Of a stretch of DNA of 32,977 nt, positions 11,080 through 19,040 are shown piece by piece; within the stretch, counting starts at the first letter, position 1, and every line of letters begins with the position of its first letter. The stretch comes from Alphaproteobacteria bacterium (GTDB taxonomy: Bacteria; Pseudomonadota; Alphaproteobacteria; CAAHEQ01; UBA3637), in the NCBI GenBank assembly GCA_017650375.1, contig JAGCFA010000060.1:1-32977 (forward strand), read 5' to 3'. Position numbers and translations under genes: made by a program. A model generated the notes under the pieces. It worked only from the letters and a program-made list of their open reading frames with translations. It was not told the DNA's origin and made no database searches.

Positions 11080-12045
11080 TTAAAATTCTGCTTTGTTGTC
11101 GCGTTGAAAAAGTTTTGAAATCTGTGCGCGCGGTTCAGCACCTTCATAAACAACGTGGTAAAGCGCTGAACAGATGGGCAAATCCAACTGATCACGCAAT
11201 TCATAAACCGCTTTTAAAGTTGCTACACCTTCCGCTAATTTGGCAAATTTTTCACCTTTAACCAACCCTTCCCCATAAGCGCGGTTATGGCTGTGCGGGG
11301 AAAAGAGGGTTGCTTCATAGTCCCCCAAGTGAGCTAAACCATAGGCACTTTTGGGATTGCCACCAAAGTAACCGATTAAACGGCCAACTTCCACAGGAGA
11401 ACGCGCTATCAAAGCCCCTTTTAAGCCACCCCAACCTAAACCGTCCAACACGCCGGCTGCCACCCCAATCACATTTTTAAGGGCAGCACCAACTTCGTTA
11501 CCAGCCAAATCATTACCGTAATAGGTGCGAATTAAGGAACTATTGAAAAAATCCGCCAACGCATGTGTCAATTCAGGCTTTTCTGAATCAATCACAACAC
11601 AGCTGGGGATACTTTTCAAATAATCCTGAACATGACCGGGGCCCAATAAAACAGCAACATCAGCATCTTGAGTGATTTCTTGATGAAAGATTTGGGTCAT
11701 ACGCATGCTGGTCCCTTCTTCCAAACCCTTCATCGCCAACAAAAAGGTCTTACCCTTTAAATCATAGCTGTTTAATTGACGGCAAAGACCACGAAAGCCT
11801 TGGCAGCCAATTGACACAACAATAAAATCATTCTTCAAACATTCGTTCATATCTGTGGTGTATTTCACATGATCTGGCATTGTCAAATATCCGTTGTTGC
11901 CGGTCGCAATCAAAGATTGATAGGCTGGATCTTCCGGAACACCTAAAAACAGAACGTCTGCTTTTTTATAGGTCGCCAAATAATACCCCAAAAAACCACC
12001 CCAACGGCCACAGCCAATCACAGATACAGAATTAAAGTTTGTCAT
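11080..12045 (-). CDS. gpsA: NAD(P)H-dependent glycerol-3-phosphate dehydrogenase
   Basis: VIGCGRWG Rossmann motif, MKGLE, GAALKNVIG, GLAHLGD, AEGVAT; start at ATG 12045 with AGGAG. Confidence 0.92.
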   Translation of the reverse strand: MTNFNSVSVIGCGRWGGFLGYYLATYKKADVLFLGVPEDPAYQSLIATGNNGYLTMPDHVKYTTDMNECLKNDFIVVSIGCQGFRGLCRQLNSYDLKGKTFLLAMKGLEEGTSMRMTQIFHQEITQDADVAVLLGPGHVQDYLKSIPSCVVIDSEKPELTHALADFFNSSLIRTYYGNDLAGNEVGAALKNVIGVAAGVLDGLGWGGLKGALIARSPVEVGRLIGYFGGNPKSAYGLAHLGDYEATLFSPHSHNRAYGEGLVKGEKFAKLAEGVATLKAVYELRDQLDLPICSALYHVVYEGAEPRAQISKLFQRDNKAEF

Positions 12046-12189
12046 AATCTCTCCTTTGTTGAAATCGGATGCTAGCAAATTCTGAATTAAAAAGCAAGCC
12101 GAACAAATTTTTCTAAGTTTTTCCTTGACTTGGATATTTGGGTATGCTAAGGTTGGGATAAACTTATTTTTAACAGGAACGGAGATTAA

Positions 12190-12659
12190 ATGGAACAATT
12201 TGAATCCGGTCGGTCTATGCTGGAAGTATTGGCAATGTTGGCGATTGCCGGCATCATTGGTGCCGGTGGCGTTGGTGGATATACAGTGGCAATGAACAAA
12301 CATCGCGCCAATGAATTGATTCATGAATCCGCTGGACGGGCCTTGGCTGTGTCACAACAACTGGCGGTGGGCAGAAAATTGGATGAGATAGATTTCGGGG
12401 ATATCCGAACAATGATACAGGGCATGGGAAGTTTGCAGATAAGCCGATTCCTTTGACAGGGGGCGATTTCTTTAAAATCCCCATTACAGGAATGGATCAA
12501 GCTGGCTGTAACGCCCTTTATCCAGAAGGTTGGTTTAGGACTAATTATGGCGAGTGCTATTCGTGCTCTTACGAGAATGCTCCTTACACCAGCAAGGCCG
12601 AATGCGATAAGTGCGGTGCCTTACGCTACCAAGATGGCACTCATTGTTGGAAAAAATAA
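12190..12659 (+). pseudogene. Frameshifted small type IV pilin-like Cys-rich gene
   Basis: MEQFESG|RSMLEVLAMLAIAGII prepilin-like start. The 12453-12659 ORF extends upstream in its own frame to about 12387 (YPNNDTGHGKF...FFKIPITGMDQAGCNAL...CYSC...CDKC), so one extra base near GGGG 12397-12400 gives a single 156-aa protein. Confidence 0.7.
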
Positions 12660-12662
12660 AAT

Positions 12663-13997
12663 TTAAATCCTGCGTTTAGAGAAGTAATTTTCCCGAGCTT
12701 TTATATCTCGACCACAAAAACGAACACCTTCTTGGCAAAGGCCACGCGCCATACAAGGCGGGGCAAAACGCGCTAAAATATCAGGATTTTTTAATTTTTC
12801 CTTTAAGCCTGAACGCAACCCGCATGCCAAATGATAAATTTCTTCCTGCGCACACCAGCAAGTCCGTTTGGCCTGTTCGTGCACCAAGGCATTTAAATCA
12901 CCAACCTTTTGATACTTTACCATCGCACCATAGGGGGCGATTAAAGTTGCCACATCCCGCCCGTATTCCTTTGCCAAATCTAACCATTCTTGCATATAGG
13001 CTTGGGCGGTTTCGGAAAGCCCCGCTTCAGCAACCAAAGGCGGCACATAAAAAGCCCCTGTAAAGGCCGGAGCTGAACGTTTAAGGGAACGGTGGCGTTG
13101 ATCTTGTCCAAAGGTCGCACAAGAACACACCACTTCACTTTGAATTAAAAACTGGCTGTTAGTCATAGTCGTTGGCGCAAAAGGAAGCGTATCTAAACTG
13201 TCGGTCAAAGGTGTGGTGCTAACAGCATTTTCATCCCCTATCACATTCAAGACTTTAGCGGTGGGTTCCAAAACAACCGAAGCCTGTCCCGATAAAATTT
13301 CAGGTGCCCACTTCGTCGTTTGCTTTTCAGAATTAAACATATAGCTTAAATCGGGATTTTCAGTGATGACTAAATCCGCCATTTGTTTGGTAGCTAAACG
13401 CATTTCAGGGCTCCACGCCACACGATAAAGTGCCGTCAATGCCGACAGATTCACTGTAAAATCCAGAGCTGTCGGCGCAAGCTGAGAAATAAACACACGC
13501 AGTTGTTCTTGGGCAATTTTGGGCGCATTTTGAGTGATATATTTTCCATTCACAAAGGGGCGTTCTTGTTTGATTTTTTCCGTAGCTAATTCGGTTAAGC
13601 AAGAAATGTTTTCTTGATAAATTCTGACTCCCTTTTCCACCCAAGACATGATTTTATCAGCTGGGGCTGAGGGATAAAAAGAAAGCAGACTGCTACGTAG
13701 GGCGTTGAAATCCGGTTCGTTATACATTTTGGAATAGCGCCCTGACCGTTGGTCTGAGTTATAATGGGGGCTAGCTAAATGCAGGCCAAAAGCCACCGCC
13801 GATACAGGGATATCTTCCACAAAAAAGGTAAAATAATTGTGTTGTAAAGTCGTGTGATGGCCAGGATCAAACAGACGTGTCTTTACATCAATCGGTTGAT
13901 TAATTGTTTCTGGGTTGATAGAATAACATACGCGGGCGGCATGGCTGGCCAGTGCGGTGACCGATAAATCTGTTTTGGCTTTCAGGGCAACTTTCAT
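12663..13997 (-). CDS. thyX: FAD-dependent thymidylate synthase ThyX, tandem two-domain form
   Basis: AARVCYS, GHHTTLQH and QRSGRY in domain 1; QDQRHRS and RTCWCAQEEI in domain 2; 444 aa. Confidence 0.85.
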   Translation of the reverse strand: MKVALKAKTDLSVTALASHAARVCYSINPETINQPIDVKTRLFDPGHHTTLQHNYFTFFVEDIPVSAVAFGLHLASPHYNSDQRSGRYSKMYNEPDFNALRSSLLSFYPSAPADKIMSWVEKGVRIYQENISCLTELATEKIKQERPFVNGKYITQNAPKIAQEQLRVFISQLAPTALDFTVNLSALTALYRVAWSPEMRLATKQMADLVITENPDLSYMFNSEKQTTKWAPEILSGQASVVLEPTAKVLNVIGDENAVSTTPLTDSLDTLPFAPTTMTNSQFLIQSEVVCSCATFGQDQRHRSLKRSAPAFTGAFYVPPLVAEAGLSETAQAYMQEWLDLAKEYGRDVATLIAPYGAMVKYQKVGDLNALVHEQAKRTCWCAQEEIYHLACGLRSGLKEKLKNPDILARFAPPCMARGLCQEGVRFCGRDIKARENYFSKRRI

Positions 13998-14935
13998 AAT
14001 AACTCCTTTTTAATCTTTTGGGCAATTTCTTGAGCCGGATTTAAGCAATCTTTCGGCGGATGAGGCCATCCCCCAACCGGAACAGCATAACCTTGGCTGT
14101 ATAAGGCCTGATGAAAACGGGCGTGTTTTTCCCCTACCATTTCCTTAGGAGCAAAAATAACAACAGGTACCCCTACCCCCGCACATTCTGAACACATACT
14201 CATAGAATCCCCTGTTACAACCAACATATCTGCCATAGACAAAAGCCCAAAATAAGGATTCTCACTTTGATCGCCAAAGCAATAAAAAAACTTAGGCTCT
14301 GGAAGTTCTTTTTCCAAAAATGTCACAATTTCACTGGGTGTTCTGCGCGAAGTCGTTACCAATAAACTGGCCGGTTTTAAAGCCCGAATTGCATCAACTA
14401 ATTGTTGAGCATGTTTCAAAGTAAATGATTTATCCTTGGTGGCGCCTCCCACTAAAACACTGACACGCGGTGTGGGGTACTTCTTAAAAATTGGAGCCCA
14501 ATGTTTTTTTTCACGGGCTAATTTTTCAGGCGTCACACGATGCGGTGTTCCTAGAACTTGCATCACATTTGATGCTTTTCCAGAATAATTATCGTGGGTT
14601 GGTAAAATCAACAAATCAGCCTTTTTTTCTTCTAATTTCCCGGGGTTCATTAGTTGCACAATTTTTGTTTTTCCTCCTGATAATTTTTTGATGGCCAATG
14701 CTACAGGGAAACTGCGCCGGCCGGCACTTAAAACCACGTCAGGATAAGGGGCGGACAATCCAGCCTTTGATTCTTCTGTAATACCGATAAAGCTGGCCCC
14801 ACGCAAAAAGTTCGGCAAGCGCACCCAAGCATTATAGCGAATATCTTTGCGTTCATAGGGTTCCCCTAATGCTTCTACAATTCCAAGCAATTGATTGACA
14901 TTCCCTGCACGGTCATCTGCTAAGATCCAAATCAT
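13994..14935 (-). CDS. ELM1 (mitochondrial fission ELM1 / DUF1022)-family putative nucleoside-diphosphate sugar epimerase or glycosyltransferase
   Basis: IWILADDRAGNVNQ, SAGRRS, PTHD, VLVGG, VTTSRRTP, NPYFGLL, VTGDSMSMCSE. Confidence 0.88.
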   Translation of the reverse strand: MIWILADDRAGNVNQLLGIVEALGEPYERKDIRYNAWVRLPNFLRGASFIGITEESKAGLSAPYPDVVLSAGRRSFPVALAIKKLSGGKTKIVQLMNPGKLEEKKADLLILPTHDNYSGKASNVMQVLGTPHRVTPEKLAREKKHWAPIFKKYPTPRVSVLVGGATKDKSFTLKHAQQLVDAIRALKPASLLVTTSRRTPSEIVTFLEKELPEPKFFYCFGDQSENPYFGLLSMADMLVVTGDSMSMCSECAGVGVPVVIFAPKEMVGEKHARFHQALYSQGYAVPVGGWPHPPKDCLNPAQEIAQKIKKELL

Positions 14936-15318
14936 TTGATTCCTTTCACTGTTACTTCATTTGTCGCAGCTTTTTTCTTAAGTTGTTCAATCCCTTTTAA
15001 AACAATTCTATCTGATTCAATAGAGCTGATTTCTTTTGCACAAACAGACGTTTGAAAATACTGGCAAGGACGTGCAATATAAGCAACATTTCCCCCTTTA
15101 TCTTTTACAGCTTGTTCACGAACCGTTGCAGAGGGAGGAACCTCATATCCTTCCACATACACAGTTAAGGGTTCACCCTGCTTTGAAATACGATACCAAC
15201 CAGAAAGTACGTAAGGAGGCACTACCAATGTTTGAAAACGAAAATCAGCCTTTTCCAACGGATTACGATAGGTGCATCCGGATAAAAATAATATTAAAAA
15301 CAAAATCCCTTTTTTCAT
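14932..15318 (-). CDS. Lipoprotein resembling the N-terminal half of an alpha/beta-hydrolase family
   Basis: MKKGILFLILFLSGC lipobox; LTVYVEG and NVAYIARPCQY motifs; stop overlaps the ELM1 start (ATGA). Confidence 0.7.
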   Translation of the reverse strand: MKKGILFLILFLSGCTYRNPLEKADFRFQTLVVPPYVLSGWYRISKQGEPLTVYVEGYEVPPSATVREQAVKDKGGNVAYIARPCQYFQTSVCAKEISSIESDRIVLKGIEQLKKKAATNEVTVKGIK

Positions 15319-15324
15319 ATCTTC

Positions 15325-15353
15325 ACTATACCAAACGAAAGAAGAATTGACAA
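15325..15353 (-). promoter_or_regulatory. Putative sigma70 promoter giving a leaderless transcript for the lipoprotein-ELM1-thyX operon
   Basis: Minus strand reads TTGTCA-17 bp-TATAGT-6 bp-ATG, with no SD. Confidence 0.55.
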
Positions 15354-15399
15354 GTAAAAAATGAAATCCTTTTTTAAAAAAAGAAAGGGGGTGAGAAAT

Positions 15400-15471
15400 A
15401 TGGCTGGAAATAAAGATTGTGGGTGCGGTTGTGGCACCAAAAAAGGCGGTTCCAAAAAGGGAGCCAAATAA
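15400..15471 (+). CDS. Small 23-aa Cys/Gly/Lys-rich peptide MAGNKDCGCGCGTKKGGSKKGAK
   Basis: Strong SD (AAGGGGGTGA) just upstream, TTGACA at 15347, hairpin terminator 5 bp after TAA; fills an otherwise empty intergenic gap; below the ORF-track cutoff. Confidence 0.7.
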   Translation: MAGNKDCGCGCGTKKGGSKKGAK

Positions 15472-15476
15472 CTCAT

Positions 15477-15503
15477 ATGCCACCGTTTATTCGGTGGCAT
15501 TTT
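15477..15503 (+). terminator. Intrinsic terminator after the small peptide gene (may also serve convergent chpT)
   Basis: atgccaccg-tttatt-cggtggcat followed by ttt. Confidence 0.75.
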
Positions 15504-16038
15504 AAATAATTTCAAGTTGAGCAGAAGTGGCTTTCAATGCCATTTTTAATTTTTTATTCTGATTTTTCAACTGTTCCATCAACCAACCCGCTTCTACGAT
15601 TTCAGGTGTCATTTCTACTTTTTTATTTTCTAATAAAGCCATAAATTCAGGACGCGCTGTAATTTCCGGACCTTTTAAAGTCATTTTATTATCCTTAAAG
15701 CTCAGTGTTCCGCCTTGAGCCAGCAAAATAATGCCTACTGCCACCAAAGAAAGATGCAAGCGATTTTCAACACTTCCTTCAAGTGTAATTTTTTGTCCCC
15801 ATGTTTTCAAGTGTTCCGTAATAATTGAAGCATTAATTTCTTTTGTTTCTGCCCCAAACAGTGCCCGATAAAAACGCAAACGCGCCATCAGCATTAAACT
15901 GTTTTGTTTAAGCATAACTGCTGCTTCCCCTGAAAAAGACGGATCAATTTCCATCAGTTCCGCTGTTGAAGCTACTGCCCCTATTCCTCCGGCCAAATCA
16001 TGGCTGATTCTGCCTGTAATCGCTTCAGTTAGTGTCAT
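15502..16038 (-). CDS. chpT: Histidine phosphotransferase ChpT-like
   Basis: ITGRISHDLAGGIGAV...ELM and ARLRFYRALFGA match the ChpT SRxCHDLxxPVGA...ARLxFxRxAFGA pattern; short degenerate C-terminal domain. Confidence 0.78.
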   Translation of the reverse strand: MTLTEAITGRISHDLAGGIGAVASTAELMEIDPSFSGEAAVMLKQNSLMLMARLRFYRALFGAETKEINASIITEHLKTWGQKITLEGSVENRLHLSLVAVGIILLAQGGTLSFKDNKMTLKGPEITARPEFMALLENKKVEMTPEIVEAGWLMEQLKNQNKKLKMALKATSAQLEII

Positions 16039-16913
16039 TTCTTTTTCCTTTTATATTCTTTTAAAATTTGTTTCCCGATTTCATCTGGGGAATCAATCCA
16101 GCATGCGTTTGCTTTTTTAAACAAGGTCTTTTTTTCCTGAATAACATCCGAAAACAGAACGGACTTCATGCCTAACAACGGATGTTTATCAGAACGCGCC
16201 AATGTTTTTCCCGGAATATAAACAAACATTTTTTTAGGATGATTCTTTTGATAAAAAGAAGCTAATTCTTGTTCCAAAGTCCCATGAACTTGCCCTATCA
16301 CTAAAATAGCCTTTGTTGCTGTATCTGCATACAAGCATTCAATCACAGGAATAAAAGAGGCTCCGATCAAATGGTCTGCCCCTAATGAAACACATTGAGA
16401 GACCCCTAATCCTGCCTCGGAGAGTTGTTGTACAGCCTCAAACATTAAAGAAGAGGAACGTCCCACAATCGCAATAGAACCAGCAGAAAATAAGTGCGTC
16501 GGAATGGTTCCTGCAACAGCATGGCCAACATTTAAAATGCCAGCAGAAGACGGCCCCAATAAAGTTACACCAGCTTGATCAGCAGCCAATTTCATTTTCA
16601 AGGAATCATGCATCGGCACATGTTCTGTAGTACAAATAATTAATGGTATTTTAGCCTTAATTGCTTCTAAAACATCTGATAAGGCTTTTTGAGGTGTAGA
16701 AAAAACAACACTGACCTGTACTTTCTTTGCACGCATTGCCTTTGCAACAGAAGAATATAGCGGAATAGAGCCCAATTTTCCTGTTATTTCCTGACTGACT
16801 CCAGCCACCAAATTTGTCCCATAGCTGAGAGCCAGTTCCGTTTGATAACGCCCCATGGCAGAAGTAATTCCTTGAAAAAGAATTGGTGTTTTTTGATTTG
16901 GAAAGAAAAACAT
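16035..16913 (-). CDS. sucD: Succinyl-CoA synthetase alpha subunit-like, divergent active site
   Basis: QGIT, YGTNLVAGV, ICTTEHVP, LLGP..G, G.SQCVSLGAD; the GHAG and GEIGG motifs are altered; ATG 16913 overlaps the sucC stop (TGATG). Confidence 0.8.
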   Translation of the reverse strand: MFFFPNQKTPILFQGITSAMGRYQTELALSYGTNLVAGVSQEITGKLGSIPLYSSVAKAMRAKKVQVSVVFSTPQKALSDVLEAIKAKIPLIICTTEHVPMHDSLKMKLAADQAGVTLLGPSSAGILNVGHAVAGTIPTHLFSAGSIAIVGRSSSLMFEAVQQLSEAGLGVSQCVSLGADHLIGASFIPVIECLYADTATKAILVIGQVHGTLEQELASFYQKNHPKKMFVYIPGKTLARSDKHPLLGMKSVLFSDVIQEKKTLFKKANACWIDSPDEIGKQILKEYKRKKK

Positions 16914-18052
16914 CAAAGAACTCCTTTCACCTGTTTAACAATTTCAGATGTTGCATCCGAAATTTTATTCATAACAATAAAAGGAGAAATAGAGCGCGTC
17001 AACAAACGGACTCCCTCTGTCGAATCAAGACCCGCCATTCGTACAACAACCGGAATACCCGTTGCAATTTCAGGAGAAGCAGCTAAAGCACCTTCTGCCA
17101 CGGTCTTACAACTGGTTAATCCCCCAAAAATATTGACCAATATACCATCAACATTTGGTTCAGCCAAAGCCAACTTCATCGCTTTTGTAATAGCGTTCGC
17201 TGTGGGTTCTGTCCCTACATCCAACAGACAAGCAACTTGTCCCCCTTTTTGATGAATCAAATCAATCGTTGCCCAACCAAAACCTATACCATTGACCAGA
17301 CAAGCAATGTTACCACACATTTTTGTATACCTGAATGCATTTTTTTTAGCCAAAGCTTCTCTTTCATGGCCCCACTTTATTTCCTGACGCTTAACAATTT
17401 CCGGAAAGCGAAACAATGAATCAGGATCAAATACCAAACGCCCATCCACAACAACCAAGGTCTTATCATTTTGGACAATCGGGTTCAATTCAACAGCCAC
17501 AGCCCCGTAATGAATGAAAAGGCGATATGCTTTTTCTAGAACACTCTCCAAAAGTCGACCAATATGGCGATCATTGATTTTCATACATTTTAAAATTTCT
17601 TTTTTAATAGCAGATGTCAATTTTAATTCGGTCAAAAAGAAGGTGTTTTCCCCTTTATCAGAAACAATGGTCAATGTATAGGTTTGACGGTCAAAATCCA
17701 CCCTAAAAACAAAACGACATAAAGCTTTTTTTTGTACTGCTTGTTCAATATAGACACGCTGAATTGTGGCCGGCACATCCGCAGGAAAACCTTTAACATG
17801 CATTCCTAGAATCTGTTCAGTTAAAGCTAAAACTTCTTCTGAATTTTCAGCTAATCTTTTTTCCAACAACAAATTACGTTTTTTATCCGGTGTATATCCT
17901 AATAATACCTGAGGCTTGACCCAAAAAGGTCCTGACGTCATCTGACAAGCGATATTTTTTGCTTCTTCAGGCGTATAGGCAACACCCCCTAATAAAACGG
18001 GCAAGCCTGCTGTCTTAAAAATCTCTTTAACGTAATATTCATGCAGTTCCAT
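16913..18052 (-). CDS. sucC: Succinyl-CoA synthetase beta subunit-like, divergent active site
   Basis: MELHEY..K, ELNPI, D.R..FD...LFR, GNIACLVNG.G, LDVG, LVNIFGG; the GGRGKAGG loop is absent. Confidence 0.82.
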   Translation of the reverse strand: MELHEYYVKEIFKTAGLPVLLGGVAYTPEEAKNIACQMTSGPFWVKPQVLLGYTPDKKRNLLLEKRLAENSEEVLALTEQILGMHVKGFPADVPATIQRVYIEQAVQKKALCRFVFRVDFDRQTYTLTIVSDKGENTFFLTELKLTSAIKKEILKCMKINDRHIGRLLESVLEKAYRLFIHYGAVAVELNPIVQNDKTLVVVDGRLVFDPDSLFRFPEIVKRQEIKWGHEREALAKKNAFRYTKMCGNIACLVNGIGFGWATIDLIHQKGGQVACLLDVGTEPTANAITKAMKLALAEPNVDGILVNIFGGLTSCKTVAEGALAASPEIATGIPVVVRMAGLDSTEGVRLLTRSISPFIVMNKISDATSEIVKQVKGVL

Positions 18053-18065
18053 TGAATTCCCTTCT

Positions 18066-18968
18066 TTATTTTATTGTATTTGGTCTTTGCCAAGAAGTCA
18101 ATTTCTTTTTTAAATCCTGCCATTTTTCCTTCAAAGTCTTTTGATGTTCTTGATAAATAAGAGGCGTAAAAAAGTTGTTTAACTTTTTATCCAGTTCATC
18201 CATATTAGAAAAAGTATTTACCTTACCATTCTTCACCAATGAGACATCCCCAGTTTCTTCAGAAATTACCAAGCATAGAGCATCCGTATTTTCAGAAAGG
18301 CCAATAGCTGCACGATGTCGTGTCCCGTATCTCCAGCTGAGGTCCGGCGTAGTGGAAAGAGGCAAAATAACACCAGCAGAAACAATTCGTTTACCACGAA
18401 TCAAAACCGCCCCATCATGAAGTGGTGTATTGACAAAAAAGATATTGATTAAAAGTTCTGCTGATAAAACAGCATCTAAGCTGACTCCTCCGGCTAAAAC
18501 CGTATCCATGGGTTCTTGATTTTCAAAAACAATCAGAGCACCTGTTTTGTGAGTACGCCAATAGGAAATGCTTTGCATTAACAGGTTTACCAAATCTTTT
18601 CCTTCTTTCTTGCGTTTTTTATGCGACCAAGTATCCCAGCTGAGATTATTACCAAAACGCGCCATTAAACGACGAAGTTCAGGTTGAAAAATAACCACAA
18701 AGGAAAGCAAAAGCAATAAAATCAAATTCTTCAAAAGCCCACTGAGGATGCGCAAATGGAATAGGGAAAAAATTTCCCCAGTCATCCAAACAATAACCAA
18801 AAAAAACAAAACGCCTTTGACCGTCTTTTCTGCTGGAGAATTCTTAACCAGTTTCACATAAGCAAGCCATAGCAAAAAGACAATAATGCCTGTTTGTAGC
18901 AAAAAGCTGGCCCATGTCAAGCCAGAAACGCCCAATAAAGATTGCAAATATTCGCGTAAAGATTCCAT
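18066..18968 (-). CDS. cdaA: Membrane-bound diadenylate cyclase (CdaA/DacA type)
   Basis: Three N-terminal TM helices, VIFQPELRR, TGALIV, TPLHDGAV (DGA), GTRHRAAIGLSE (RHR), SEETG; start at ATG 18968 with GAGGGG. Confidence 0.93.
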   Translation of the reverse strand: MESLREYLQSLLGVSGLTWASFLLQTGIIVFLLWLAYVKLVKNSPAEKTVKGVLFFLVIVWMTGEIFSLFHLRILSGLLKNLILLLLLSFVVIFQPELRRLMARFGNNLSWDTWSHKKRKKEGKDLVNLLMQSISYWRTHKTGALIVFENQEPMDTVLAGGVSLDAVLSAELLINIFFVNTPLHDGAVLIRGKRIVSAGVILPLSTTPDLSWRYGTRHRAAIGLSENTDALCLVISEETGDVSLVKNGKVNTFSNMDELDKKLNNFFTPLIYQEHQKTLKEKWQDLKKKLTSWQRPNTIK

Positions 18969-18994
18969 CTTCCCCTCTTTCAATTTTCGAATAA

Positions 18995-19023
18995 AGGGTA
19001 GATGAAAGCGCGCTGTTTGTCAA
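18995..19023 (-). promoter_or_regulatory. Putative sigma70 promoter of the cdaA-sucC-sucD-chpT operon
   Basis: Minus strand TTGACA-17 bp-TACCCT. Confidence 0.5.
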
Positions 19024-19040
19024 GCTCTTTTTAAAGTTTT

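Noticed and set aside
12159-12174. CtrA-like box TAAA-N7-TTAAC upstream of the small pilin-like gene
   Set aside because: One mismatch in AT-rich DNA; expected by chance, so not supportable without conservation data
12046-12324. N-terminal 93-aa extension of gpsA
   Set aside because: Overlaps the divergent pilin-like gene; the Rossmann motif and RBS indicate a start at 12045
15319-15515. Extended lipoprotein start and the 66-aa minus-strand ORF
   Set aside because: Both are antisense to the small peptide gene and its terminator; the lipobox signal begins at 15318
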